The notes below the pieces were generated by a model. That model had not been told where the DNA came from, did no database searches, and was given only the letters and a program-made list of their open reading frames with translations. From NCBI GenBank assembly GCA_047602425.1, contig JASGHG010000001.1, positions 992,001-1,056,000 on the forward strand: DNA of 64,000 bases, read 5' to 3'. The first letter of the stretch is position 1, and each line of letters opens with the position of its first letter. Positions 8,751 through 18,485 of this stretch are shown here, piece after piece. The translations under genes and the position numbers were made by a program. The stretch is from Nibricoccus sp. (GTDB taxonomy: Bacteria; Verrucomicrobiota; Verrucomicrobiia; Opitutales; Opitutaceae).

Positions 8751-9716
8751 ATGGCGATTTTCACCGGCGTGGAATTGAGACATCTGCGCTATTTCAGCAT
8801 GCTCGCGGAAACTCTGAACTTTTCGCGCGCGGCCGAACGTCTGCATGTCACCCAACCCGCGCTCAGCCGACAGATCCGCGATTTGGAGGAGGAACTGGGC
8901 GTCACGCTTATCGAGCGCGGCGCCGGAGAAAACAAACTCACTCCTACCGGCAAAAAATTTCTGGCCGGCGCCCGCCAGCTTCTGACCGCGGCCGAGACAC
9001 TGGTGTCCGGCGTGCATCAAAAAGCCGGGAAGGAATGCCCTCCCCTGCGCCTCGCCGTTTTCGGTTCGCTCATGGCCGACCGCATCGCTCCCTTCGTACG
9101 CGCAATGGTTCGCCGCCATCCGGGACTCCATTTCGCGATCGAAGAGGCTGTGCCCGTGGAAGCGTTGCGGGATCTCCGGTTAAAAAAACTGGATGCAGTT
9201 TTCAGCGGCGAACCCGAACCAGCGCGCCTGCGCGGTCTCGAATCGCGCGTCGTATGGATCACCCAGCACGACATCCTTCTGCCCGCCAACCATCGGCTGG
9301 CCAAGCGACGGTCCGTCGCACTGTCCGAACTGCGCGACGAACGTTGGTGCATTTGGGACGACCGCGTTTTCCCCGGATTCGGTCGATATACGATCAAAGC
9401 CTTCAGAGCTGCCGGATTTCGCCCCGAGATAGCTGGTTATACAGACAGCCTAACCAGCACCTTGATGCACGTGGCGGCAGGCGATTATATAAGCAACGTG
9501 CCACCCATAGCCCGCAAGCTGCCTCACCCCGGAGTGGTTTTTGTCCCCACCGATCCGCCAGAGGCCATGGAAATTCCCGTGCTACTGGTATGGCGGCCGG
9601 ATTCGCCTCACGCGGAACCGCTGCGCTGGCTCGCCAAAGCCATCGAAGCCGCCCTGGCCGTTGCTCCGGTGTCAGACCTTTGCAGCGCATCGCAAAAAAA
9701 AGCCAGAGTACTTTGA
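8751..9716 (+). CDS. LysR-family transcriptional regulator
   Basis: ELRHLRYF...LNFSRAAERLHVTQPALSRQIRDLEEELG helix-turn-helix. The start may be GTG 8769. Confidence 0.95.
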   Translation: MAIFTGVELRHLRYFSMLAETLNFSRAAERLHVTQPALSRQIRDLEEELGVTLIERGAGENKLTPTGKKFLAGARQLLTAAETLVSGVHQKAGKECPPLRLAVFGSLMADRIAPFVRAMVRRHPGLHFAIEEAVPVEALRDLRLKKLDAVFSGEPEPARLRGLESRVVWITQHDILLPANHRLAKRRSVALSELRDERWCIWDDRVFPGFGRYTIKAFRAAGFRPEIAGYTDSLTSTLMHVAAGDYISNVPPIARKLPHPGVVFVPTDPPEAMEIPVLLVWRPDSPHAEPLRWLAKAIEAALAVAPVSDLCSASQKKARVL

Positions 9717-9817
9717 CTCTGGCTGGTGGCCTAAGAACCGCAGGTCTCTTTGGGCTCCCCTGGCGATTTCATCTGGTTTTATATTTTCCTGTTCCGGATG
9801 AAGCAAAGGCGAAGTAT

Positions 9818-10423
9818 TCAGCCGAGCTGGCGAAGGATTTCCTGCTGGCGGGCATAGTCGGGCAGCACGTTCACGTGGTAGTGGCGCTTGAGCACGGCAC
9901 CGACAATGCCGAAGAAACCGACAATCATGCCCACACGGAGCGAGACGGCGGAAAAGCTGCCACCATGGAAAGGCGTGTTGGCCGCGACAGAAAGCAGCGC
10001 CAGTCCAACCCCAAGTCCAAGAACCAAGGGTACCCAGCGATAATCGCGCTTCTCCTCCTCCAGGCTGGCGAGAGAAATTTCCGCCTGCTGGCGGAGACTC
10101 GAAATGACCGCGCGGGCAAGGCCACGCTGGCGTTTCACACGGCGATAAGCCAAAACCGCGCACACCACCAAAAACATCAAATGCAAAACAGCATTCGTCC
10201 AATATAGCGGAGTGCCGGCGCTGGGTCGGTAGAGGAAATTCACGACCGAGAGCAGCGGGGTGAAGATCAGGCCAAAAACGAGACCGAAGGCTTCGTAGGC
10301 CAGGAAGCGCTGGCGGCGTTTGAAGGCGTTTACGAGGGGGCGCTGGTTTTCGGCGAGCGCACGGGTGCGGGCATCGGCCGGTTCCTGGCCGGCCCAGAGG
10401 GATTGGATTTCGTCAAAGTTCAT
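9818..10423 (-). CDS. Multi-TM membrane protein, probable anti-sigma factor
   Basis: MNFDEIQSLW N-terminus, about four hydrophobic segments, overlaps the stop of the ECF sigma. Confidence 0.7.
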   Translation of the reverse strand: MNFDEIQSLWAGQEPADARTRALAENQRPLVNAFKRRQRFLAYEAFGLVFGLIFTPLLSVVNFLYRPSAGTPLYWTNAVLHLMFLVVCAVLAYRRVKRQRGLARAVISSLRQQAEISLASLEEEKRDYRWVPLVLGLGVGLALLSVAANTPFHGGSFSAVSLRVGMIVGFFGIVGAVLKRHYHVNVLPDYARQQEILRQLG

Positions 10424-10919
10424 GTTTCAAATTTTCGGTTAGAGCGGTGAGTTGGTTTTTGATGCGGTGGAGTCGGACGCCGACATTGGCTTCGGACAAA
10501 CCGGTGACTTCAGCGATTTCGGCGTAGCTGAGCCGGTCGAGGAACAGGAGCATCACGCTTCGGTCGACGGGCGGGAGCTCCTGGATGCGCGCGTAGAGCC
10601 AGGCGAGGCGGTCCCCACCCTCGGCGCGCGCGGCCGGCGCGTCGGGCTCTTCGAGCGCGTAGTGATCGATTTTTCGCGTGTAGCGCTGGCGGGAACGTTT
10701 CCAATTGAGCGCGCAACTGTGAGCGACGCGATAGATGTAGGTGGACAATTTCGAGCGGCCCTGAAATTGCGGCAACGCCTGCCACAACGAAAACAGAATC
10801 TCCTGGCGCAGGTCGTCGCAATCGGCGGCGTTTTGCGTGAAAGCGCGGGCAGTCTTGGCGATCATGCCCGCGTGTTCACGGTGGACTTCCTGAAACAGTT
10901 GTTCGAGCGAAGCGGACAC
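10413..10919 (-). CDS. ECF RNA polymerase sigma factor
   Basis: DDLRQEILFSLW, FQGRSKLSTYIYRVA (region 2); LSYAEIAEVTGLSEANVGVRLHRIK (region 4). Start GTG 10919 is estimated. Confidence 0.9.
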   Translation of the reverse strand: MSASLEQLFQEVHREHAGMIAKTARAFTQNAADCDDLRQEILFSLWQALPQFQGRSKLSTYIYRVAHSCALNWKRSRQRYTRKIDHYALEEPDAPAARAEGGDRLAWLYARIQELPPVDRSVMLLFLDRLSYAEIAEVTGLSEANVGVRLHRIKNQLTALTENLKHEL

Positions 10920-10924
10920 GGAGG

Positions 10925-11080
10925 TTAGCGCGTTGGGGTGGACGGACTGGATTCGGACGCAACGACGCGGCGGGCGGCTAACATGATCATCAAGGCGATG
11001 CCGGGACATACGACCCACAACCAAGTGTAGGTGCGGTGGCTGATGTGCTGACCAAACAAGATATATTCGATATTTTTCAT
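10925..11080 (-). CDS. Small single-TM protein (51 aa), first gene of the ECF operon
   Basis: MKNIEYILFGQHISHRTYTWLWVVCPGIALMIMLAARR...; lies between the ECF promoter motif (11102-11131) and the sigma gene. Confidence 0.5.
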   Translation of the reverse strand: MKNIEYILFGQHISHRTYTWLWVVCPGIALMIMLAARRVVASESSPSTPTR

Positions 11081-11101
11081 ATTATAGAGGTGTTCGTTAA
11101 G

Positions 11102-11131
11102 ATTAGGCACCGGTGCCGGCGAAACCTTACA
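11102..11131 (-). promoter_or_regulatory. ECF promoter TGTAAG-N14-GGTGCCTAAT (autoregulatory copy)
   Basis: Identical boxes and spacing recur at 13733-13762. Confidence 0.75.
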
Positions 11132-11225
11132 AACTTCTCTCAAAATCTTTCCATGAAATGTAAGCCCTTGGTAACAAGTAAATAAATCCACCAGAGCTAA
11201 ATCGTGCTACTGCGGCTCTTTCACT

Positions 11226-11594
11226 TCACTGAAGGAAAGCGCGGCAAGAAATCTGGATGGGGTTTTTCGCCGGATCGCGCGCATTCGCGAATTCGTAACC
11301 CTCGCCTTTGTGGCTCATACCAAAGATCAAACCTTCCTTCCTGGCCTGGGCCTTGAAGCCCTCGATATCCTCAACGTCAAACACGAGCTTGATGCAGGAC
11401 TGGCCGGTACGATGACCTTTGCTCGCCTGAATAAGGAGAAGCGAAAAACCGCCAGTCGACGACGCGAGCTCAAGCAGGTCGGCTTCCTTCCGTGGCTTTG
11501 ACTGGAAACCAAAGTGCTTGGCATAAAATGCAGCCACTTTGGGGATATCCTTCACATACAAAATCACACGTGAGATGGGCGGGGTAAGTTTCAT
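11226..11594 (-). CDS. VOC/glyoxalase-family protein
   Basis: VILYVKDIPKVAAFYAKHFGF ... LVFDVEDI ... ARDPAKNPIQI. Confidence 0.85.
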   Translation of the reverse strand: MKLTPPISRVILYVKDIPKVAAFYAKHFGFQSKPRKEADLLELASSTGGFSLLLIQASKGHRTGQSCIKLVFDVEDIEGFKAQARKEGLIFGMSHKGEGYEFANARDPAKNPIQISCRAFLQ

Positions 11595-11645
11595 CTTTGC
11601 GCAATGTTGAGGCGCATGAGTGTCTGTCAATTGGTTCAACACAAA

Positions 11646-11676
11646 AAATAACCCCGCGTGATCCGCGGGGTTATTT
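11646..11676 (-). terminator. Intrinsic terminator after the S9 peptidase
   Basis: AAATAACCCCGCG-TGATC-CGCGGGGTTATTT with a U-tail on the minus strand. Confidence 0.8.
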
Positions 11677-11727
11677 GAAGAATGCGTGTGTCGAAGGTAT
11701 TTCCAGGTCGGAAAGCGCACCTGATTT

Positions 11728-13716
11728 TTACCGCGTATTGGCGGGCGCGCGAGGTTCGGATTTGTCCTGCGTCGTCGGCTTGTCCTCAAGGATCCGACCG
11801 CCGAGATGCCTGGCGAGGAACTTTTCCGCGCGGCGATAGAATTCCATTCGATTTTCCTCCAAATGGAAGCTGTGGCCTTCGTTCGCTTTGAAAAGAGTTT
11901 CCACTTCGATACCGCGAACCGTGAGCGTAGCGGCGATCTTCTCGGCGTGCGATTGCTTCACCCGAGGATCGCTACCGCCGTGGGCGATCAGGAGCGGAGC
12001 GCGGATAAGGTCCGCGTGTTGCAACGGCGAGACGGCCGTCAGCGCTTCGCGGTCCGCATTCGGATCGCCCACCATGACGTGAAACATCGCCCGCCCGGGA
12101 TGGGACGGCGGCACGGCCGATAGCCAGTCGCAAATGTCCGACACGCCGCTATCATCGATGCCGCAGCGGAAGAGTTCCGGCGTGAACGCCAGACCGGCGA
12201 GCGTGGCGTAGCCGCCGTAGGAGATGCCGTAGATGCCGATGCGGTCAGGTTCGGCAAACTTTTGTTCCACCAGCCAGCGCACGCCGTCGGTGATGTCGTC
12301 CTGCATCGCGCGGCCCCATTGCTTGAAACCCGCTTCCCAAAAGGCTCGGCCATAACCGGTCGAACCGCGATAATTGATCTGAAGGACCGTGTAGCCTCGG
12401 TTGGCAAAAAACTGCACTTCAGGATCCGCACGCCATTGATCCCGCGCCCACGGCCCGCCGTGAATCATGAGCAACGTGGGCGTGGGACCTGTGGCGCCGC
12501 GCGGCCGCGTCAAATAACCGTGGATCGTCAGCCCGTCCCGGGCACGATAGCTGACCGGCGTGATGGTCGACAGTTGGCTGGCGTCGATCCAGGGAGTCAC
12601 CACTCCGATCTGGGTGAGCTCCTTGGTGGATTCACGATAACGGTAGAACGCACCGGGGTCGCCGTCACTCCACGCCTTGACGACGAAGTCGGTGCCCGTG
12701 CGATTGTGCCCGGTAAACTCCAAGGCTTTTCCCGGCAGCAGTTGCGCCAGCTCGAGTTCGCGATTACGCGCGCGCTCGTCGAAATACACGCGCTGCGTTT
12801 TTTCCCCGACGTAATAGGCACCGACAATCTTTTCCTCCCGCTCGTCTCTCAGCAAACCAGCCGCGTCGTAATCGGGATTGGCATAGATCACTTCGAATTC
12901 GTTACCATCGCGCGGATCCATCAGCACGACCGCGGCTTTATCGCGACCACGATTTGAAAGGGCATACACATAACGATTGTCGCGGGTGAAAAAGAGCGGT
13001 CCGACGGTGGAGCGAAAATCGGTCGTCAACACCTTCTCGAATGGCGCGTCGTTGGTCACGCGATGAAAGAGCGCAAAATTCACACCGTCCGTGGCAATCG
13101 CGAGCCGGACGACGCCGGCGTGGTCGACGATGTAGTTGACGTAGTTGCGGTCGTTTTTCACGACGAGTTCAGTCGCCCCGGTATTCACGTCGAGTTTGTG
13201 CACATCCGCAACGCGAGGATCGCGCTGGTTGAGTTTGATGAGCAAATGGGTGTCGTCGAGCTGCGACAAAATTGCCGCACGCACTCCGGTTTCGGGCGTG
13301 AGCGCCCGCATACCCGTGCCGTCGCGGCCGATGACATTGATGTGCCAGTTTTGCCGTTCGCCCTCATCGGTCGCATAGGCCAGCCGGTCATTGCCGACCC
13401 AAAAGAATCCGCCAATGTCGTGCACGGTGGAATTGGTCAACCGGATCCCTTCCGTATCGCCAACGCGCTTCACAAACAGGTTCTGGCGGCGCTCGTAAGG
13501 CGCGAGATACGCCACATAATCGCTGTCTGGAGAGATTTTGACCTGGGCGATCGCCGGCAGGCGAAAGAGCGTCTCAATCGGAATCAACGGCGCTGTTTCC
13601 GAGGCGCAAATTCTGGCGACCGCGGCAAGCAGCACGGCAATTAACAGGAACGATTGAAGGGATAAACTGCGGCCAAAGAGGAGGCCGAGGCGGGTGGTGA
13701 TGACGGTGGATTTCAT
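11728..13716 (-). CDS. Secreted S9 (prolyl oligopeptidase family) peptidase
   Basis: IHGGPW, NYRGSTGYG, nucleophile GISYGG, DPRV and EGH triad motifs; signal peptide; start ATG 13716 lies just downstream of the ECF promoter. Confidence 0.92.
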   Translation of the reverse strand: MKSTVITTRLGLLFGRSLSLQSFLLIAVLLAAVARICASETAPLIPIETLFRLPAIAQVKISPDSDYVAYLAPYERRQNLFVKRVGDTEGIRLTNSTVHDIGGFFWVGNDRLAYATDEGERQNWHINVIGRDGTGMRALTPETGVRAAILSQLDDTHLLIKLNQRDPRVADVHKLDVNTGATELVVKNDRNYVNYIVDHAGVVRLAIATDGVNFALFHRVTNDAPFEKVLTTDFRSTVGPLFFTRDNRYVYALSNRGRDKAAVVLMDPRDGNEFEVIYANPDYDAAGLLRDEREEKIVGAYYVGEKTQRVYFDERARNRELELAQLLPGKALEFTGHNRTGTDFVVKAWSDGDPGAFYRYRESTKELTQIGVVTPWIDASQLSTITPVSYRARDGLTIHGYLTRPRGATGPTPTLLMIHGGPWARDQWRADPEVQFFANRGYTVLQINYRGSTGYGRAFWEAGFKQWGRAMQDDITDGVRWLVEQKFAEPDRIGIYGISYGGYATLAGLAFTPELFRCGIDDSGVSDICDWLSAVPPSHPGRAMFHVMVGDPNADREALTAVSPLQHADLIRAPLLIAHGGSDPRVKQSHAEKIAATLTVRGIEVETLFKANEGHSFHLEENRMEFYRRAEKFLARHLGGRILEDKPTTQDKSEPRAPANTR

Positions 13717-13732
13717 AGGTTGTCGTATTGGC

Positions 13733-13762
13733 ATTAGGCACCGCTCCCCGAAAAAACTTACA
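13733..13762 (-). promoter_or_regulatory. ECF promoter TGTAAG-N14-GGTGCCTAAT upstream of the S9 peptidase
   Basis: Exact match of both boxes and spacing to 11102-11131. Confidence 0.75.
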
Positions 13763-13863
13763 AAACCCCGCACTTTTCCTCGCGCCTTGCGCGGAAGCAG
13801 ATCGATCGGAGCGCGAATTACCCGCTTGCTCCGCGCCCGGCCTCGTGGGAGACATCGCTTTCC

Positions 13864-14247
13864 ATGCAATCGAAACCTCAAGTCCTCGTCTGGATCACGT
13901 GCGATGGCGTCCACATCGACCCGTCCTCGGGCAAGCACACCATTCTCGGCGTTTTCTCCAACATTCGCGCCCGTCAATTCCCCGTCGTGCATCCGTTCAT
14001 GATCTGGTTCATGACCTTGAGCGATGTTCCCCAAGGCGAACATCACATCAAAATTTCCCTTGGCCTCGATCCCGCCAACGCCGCGCCGATCATCGACCGC
14101 AAGTTCGAATCCCAAAGCCCTCTTCAGCGCATCAATCTCATCAACGAAATCCGCAACCTGAGTTTCGACAAACCTGGAGACTACTCGCTCATCATCGAGG
14201 TCGATGACGAACCACTTCTCGCCACCAATATCACGGTGAGTAACTAA
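13864..14247 (+). CDS. DUF6941-like hypothetical protein
   Basis: CDGVHIDPSSGKHTILGVFSNI ... FDKPGDYSLIIEVDDE pattern. Confidence 0.65.
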   Translation: MQSKPQVLVWITCDGVHIDPSSGKHTILGVFSNIRARQFPVVHPFMIWFMTLSDVPQGEHHIKISLGLDPANAAPIIDRKFESQSPLQRINLINEIRNLSFDKPGDYSLIIEVDDEPLLATNITVSN

Positions 14248-14265
14248 GCTCGTTCCCTCTTACCC

Positions 14266-15300
14266 ATGGCCGCAACTTCGTCCTCAACTTCAACCACCTT
14301 CGACTTGATCGGTGTCGGCGCGCCCATCATGGACCTCGTCGCGAACGTGCCCGACAGTTTCCTGCCTCACGCCAAGGGCGAAAAAGGTGGCATGGTGATG
14401 GTCAACGCCGACGAGATCGCGCGTCTCGTCGCCCTGCTTCCCGCATTGCCCAAAATCACGCCCGGCGGCTCCGCGGCCAACACCGCTTTCAATGCCAACC
14501 GCCTCGGGCTGCGCACGGCCTTCGTCGGCAAGCTCGGCGGCGACGAACTCGCCGATATCTACAAAGAGCGCTTCGCCAGCGCGGGTGTCGATACCTCGCG
14601 TTTCAAGCAAAGCGACCTGCCCAATGCCCGCTGCCTCATTCTCACGACGCCCGACGCCCAACGCACGATGCGCACCTGCCTCGGCGCGGTGCTGACGCTC
14701 TCGCCCGACGAAATTTCTCCCGCCGATTTCGCCGGCGCCCGCATGGTTCACATCGAAGGCTACGTTTTGTTCAACCAGGCCCTTGCGGAAAAAATTCTCA
14801 CCGCCGCCCGATCCGCCGGGTGCGCGATCAGTCTGTCGTTTGCCTCCTTCGAAGTCGTCGCCGCGACCCGCGACTGGTTGCTCGGCCAATTGAAACAAGG
14901 CCTGCCGCTCGTCTTTGCCAACGAGGATGAAGCGCGCACGATGTTCCCGGAACTTCCCGCCAAAACGCCCGAAGACTACGCCGCGCACGCGAAGAAGTTC
15001 GCCTCGTTCGGCGGCACCGCCGCGATCACCCTCGGTAAGGATGGCGCCTGGATCGCCCGCGGCAAAGAACTCCACCGCGTCGCTCCGGTCGTGGTCAACG
15101 ATGCGATCGATACAAATGGCGCCGGCGATGCCTGGGCCGCCGGTTTCCTCGCTGGTTATTTGCGCAACCATTCTCTACCGGTCTGCGGTAAAATCGCTTC
15201 GCTGCTCGGCGCCGAAACTGTCCGTCACAGCGGCCCGATCATTCCTGATTCGACGTGGCCCGCCATCGCCGAAAAGGCGAATGCACTGGCCAGCACCTAA
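14266..15300 (+). CDS. PfkB-family (adenosine kinase-like) kinase
   Basis: PGGSAAN, FANEDE and DTNGAGDAWAAG PfkB signatures. Confidence 0.9.
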   Translation: MAATSSSTSTTFDLIGVGAPIMDLVANVPDSFLPHAKGEKGGMVMVNADEIARLVALLPALPKITPGGSAANTAFNANRLGLRTAFVGKLGGDELADIYKERFASAGVDTSRFKQSDLPNARCLILTTPDAQRTMRTCLGAVLTLSPDEISPADFAGARMVHIEGYVLFNQALAEKILTAARSAGCAISLSFASFEVVAATRDWLLGQLKQGLPLVFANEDEARTMFPELPAKTPEDYAAHAKKFASFGGTAAITLGKDGAWIARGKELHRVAPVVVNDAIDTNGAGDAWAAGFLAGYLRNHSLPVCGKIASLLGAETVRHSGPIIPDSTWPAIAEKANALAST

Positions 15301-15310
15301 GTTTTCCGAC

Positions 15311-15378
15311 GGTAGGACACCTTTCCGAGACGTCCCTACCTCGACCCTATTCGCGTCAATTCGCGTTCATTCGCGGTT
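15311..15378. repeat. GTAG-type REP hairpin plus ATTCGCG x3 half-element overlapping the czcA stop
   Basis: ggtaggac...gtccctacc, then attcgcgtcaattcgcgttcattcgcggttt. Confidence 0.6.
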
Positions 15379-18300
15379 TCTTTTCCTGCCCGAGCAGCGT
15401 GTACAACGCAGGCAGCACAAGCAGCGTCAACAGGGTGTTCGTGAAAATGCCGCCGATCACCACGGTCGCGAGCGGACGCTGAACTTCGCCGCCCACGCCA
15501 ACATTGACCGCCATCGGGATAAAACCCACCGCGGCCACCAGCGCCGTCATGAGCACTGGGCGCAGCCGCACAAGACAACCCTCGCGGACCGCACGCTCGA
15601 GCGACACGCCGGCTTCTCGGCGCTGTTTGATGAACGTCACCAACACCAAACCATTCAAAATCGCCACACCACTCAACGCGATGAAGCCAATCGCCGAACT
15701 CACCGTGAAGGGCAGCCCGCGCAGCCACAAAGCCAGCACACCACCCACCAAGCCGAGTGGAATGCCCGAAGCCACGACCAGCACCTCGCTCACTTTTTTC
15801 AGACTGAAGAACAGCAAAACAAAAATCATCGCCAGCGCCATCGGCACCACAAACATCAGTTTGCGGTTGGCGCGCTCCATGTTTTCAAACTGGCCGCCCC
15901 ACTCCAACGTGTAGCCCTCGGGCAACTTCACCTGGGCAGCGATCTTTTCCTTCGCCTCGGCCACGAAGTTCGCAACGTCACGACCGCGCACGTTGCACTG
16001 CACGGTGATCCGGCGATCGCCCCACTCGCGGTTGATCGTCGAGGGCCCTTCGAATTCGGAGATTTTCGCCAGTTGGCTCAAGGGCAAGGTTTGACCCGAG
16101 GCCGTCGGGATCAGTGTCGCTGCCAGCGCCGCCGGATCGGTGCGTTGCCTGTCGGGCAAGCGTACCACCAGCGGAAACCGCCGCTGTCCTTCGCGCACAT
16201 CGCCCACACGCCGCGAGCCCACCGCTTCGACTACGTTGAGCACATTGCGCGTCGGGATGCCGTGTCGCGCGATTGCCTGCGGGTCGACGCGCACCTGAAG
16301 AAATGTCTGCCCTGTCAACTGCTCAACCGACGCCTCGCTGGCGCCCTGCACATCGCCCAACAAAGCCTGCACTTCATCGCCCAGCCGCCGCAATTCCTCA
16401 AGGTCTGGGCCGTAGATTTTGATCGCGATGTCGCCGCGCGCTCCGGCGATCATTTCGTTCAGCCGCATTTCGATTGGCTGGCTAAACGAGGGTTTTAGCC
16501 CAGGTACCTGGTTTAGGACGGCGCGCATCTTCTGCGTCAATTCATCCTGCGTGCGGGCCTTTTTCCACTGTTCGCGCGGCTTCAACGCGAGGAAGAAATC
16601 CGCGAGTTCCACGCCCATCGGATCGGTCGCCACCTCAGCCGTGCCGAGCCGCGTCCAGATGTGCTCAATTTCGTCGGGAAAGGTCGCCATGAGGACGCGC
16701 TCGATCTGATCGTTTTGCGCCACGGCCTCGTCCACCGATATCCCGGCGAGTCGCACCGTGGTTCCCACAATCGCGCCTTCGCCCAGCTTCGGCAAAAATT
16801 CGCCGCCCATCCGGGCTGCCACCAAAGCCGTCCCGACAAACAATACCACGGCACCAACGAGGGTGAATTTACGATGACGCAGAACCAACGCCAGCATTGG
16901 TTCGTATGCCCGGTGAGCCAGTCGCACCAGCCAGGGCTCTGTCTCTTTCACCTGTTTCGGTAAAAACATCGCAGCCATCACCGGGGTTAAGGTGAGCGCA
17001 AGGACCAGCGAACCCAGAAGCGCAAAAATCAGTGTCAGCGCCATGGGCTTGAACATCTTCCCTTCAATCCCTTCCAAACCCAGGATAGGCAGGAAAACGA
17101 TCATGATGATGCCCACGCCAAAGGCGACCGGCCGCGCCACCTCCAGCGGAGCGCTGCGCAATACTTCATCGCGCTCGTTTTTCGTGAGCACGCGTCCCAG
17201 TTGATGCTGACGTTCCGCCAGTCGTCGCATGGCATTCTCGACCATAACCACAGCGCCATCGACAATCAGCCCGAAGTCCAAAGCCCCAAGACTCAAAAGA
17301 CTCGCCGCAATTCCCGCCTGCAGCATGAAGTTCGCCGCAAACAGCATCGAAAGCGGTATCGCAACGGCGACGATCAAACCCGCGCGGAGGTTGCCAAGAA
17401 ATGCGAACAGGATCGCGATGACCAGCAGCGCCCCGGCAAAGAGATTGTGTTTTACGGTACGGATGACGTTGTCGACCAGTTCCGTCCGGTCATAGAGGAC
17501 TTCCAATTTCACGTCAGGCGGCAGGAATTTTTGCACCTCAGCCAGCTTCGCCTTAAGCGCATGCGTGACGACCGCGCTGTTTTCGCCCATGAGCATGAAG
17601 CCTAGACCGAGCACCGCTTCGCCGCGTCCGTCCGCTGTCACCGCGCCGCGGCGGATTTCGTGATCCTCCTTCACCGTCGCCACATCGCGCACATGAACCG
17701 GGGCACCGTCATGCGCCGCGATGACAATGGCGCCGATCTCGGCGATATTCGTGGTCAAACCAACACCGTGAACCAACAACGATTCGCCACCGCGCTCAAT
17801 CTGGCCTCCGCCGACGTTTTGGTTGTTCGCTTCGAGCGCCTCAACCAGATCTTCGAACGTGAGGCGGTATTTGATCAGTCGGTCAGTTTCCACCACGACA
17901 TGAAATTGTTTCTCGAAACCGCCCCAGGTATTTACCTCGGCGACGCCGGGCACTTTCCGCAATTGCGGCTTCACCACCCAGTCCTGCAATACGCGCAACT
18001 CCGTCGGCGTGCGCTTAGGATCGCTCGAACGAACGACATAGTGAAAAATTTCTCCGAGTCCTGTGGCGATGGGGCCTAGTTGTGGACGCGCCATGCCTTC
18101 GGGCAATTCCACGCTTTGCAAACGCTCGGTGATGAGCTGGCGCGCGCGATAAATGTCGATCCGGTCGTCAAAGGTCGCGACGACTTGCGAAAAGCCGAAT
18201 TTCGAGAGCGAGCGAACGTTTTGCAGACCCGGCAGGCCGGAAATCGCGAGTTCCACCGGCACCGTGATTTGTGCCTCGGTTTCCTGCGGATTAAGCGCCG

Positions 18301-18460
18301 CGGCCGTGGTGTTGATTTGCACCTGCACGGGCGTGGTGTCGGGAAACGCGTCGATGGGCAAGATACTTAACGTACGCGCACCGACAAAAAGCAGAACCAT
18401 CGCCAGGATGCAGACGAGCAAGCGATTCTTCAGCGAAGTGTTGATGATCCAGTTTAGCAT
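15356..18460 (-). CDS. czcA: Heavy-metal efflux RND permease, CzcA/CusA family
   Basis: 1034 aa; LPIDAFPDTT, SLGALDFGLIVDGAVVMVEN, RLRPVLMTA and GEVQRPLATVVIGG motifs. Confidence 0.93.
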   Translation of the reverse strand: MLNWIINTSLKNRLLVCILAMVLLFVGARTLSILPIDAFPDTTPVQVQINTTAAALNPQETEAQITVPVELAISGLPGLQNVRSLSKFGFSQVVATFDDRIDIYRARQLITERLQSVELPEGMARPQLGPIATGLGEIFHYVVRSSDPKRTPTELRVLQDWVVKPQLRKVPGVAEVNTWGGFEKQFHVVVETDRLIKYRLTFEDLVEALEANNQNVGGGQIERGGESLLVHGVGLTTNIAEIGAIVIAAHDGAPVHVRDVATVKEDHEIRRGAVTADGRGEAVLGLGFMLMGENSAVVTHALKAKLAEVQKFLPPDVKLEVLYDRTELVDNVIRTVKHNLFAGALLVIAILFAFLGNLRAGLIVAVAIPLSMLFAANFMLQAGIAASLLSLGALDFGLIVDGAVVMVENAMRRLAERQHQLGRVLTKNERDEVLRSAPLEVARPVAFGVGIIMIVFLPILGLEGIEGKMFKPMALTLIFALLGSLVLALTLTPVMAAMFLPKQVKETEPWLVRLAHRAYEPMLALVLRHRKFTLVGAVVLFVGTALVAARMGGEFLPKLGEGAIVGTTVRLAGISVDEAVAQNDQIERVLMATFPDEIEHIWTRLGTAEVATDPMGVELADFFLALKPREQWKKARTQDELTQKMRAVLNQVPGLKPSFSQPIEMRLNEMIAGARGDIAIKIYGPDLEELRRLGDEVQALLGDVQGASEASVEQLTGQTFLQVRVDPQAIARHGIPTRNVLNVVEAVGSRRVGDVREGQRRFPLVVRLPDRQRTDPAALAATLIPTASGQTLPLSQLAKISEFEGPSTINREWGDRRITVQCNVRGRDVANFVAEAKEKIAAQVKLPEGYTLEWGGQFENMERANRKLMFVVPMALAMIFVLLFFSLKKVSEVLVVASGIPLGLVGGVLALWLRGLPFTVSSAIGFIALSGVAILNGLVLVTFIKQRREAGVSLERAVREGCLVRLRPVLMTALVAAVGFIPMAVNVGVGGEVQRPLATVVIGGIFTNTLLTLLVLPALYTLLGQEKKPRMNAN

Positions 18461-18485
18461 GGAAAATTTCTCCTCGGTTATCTGA

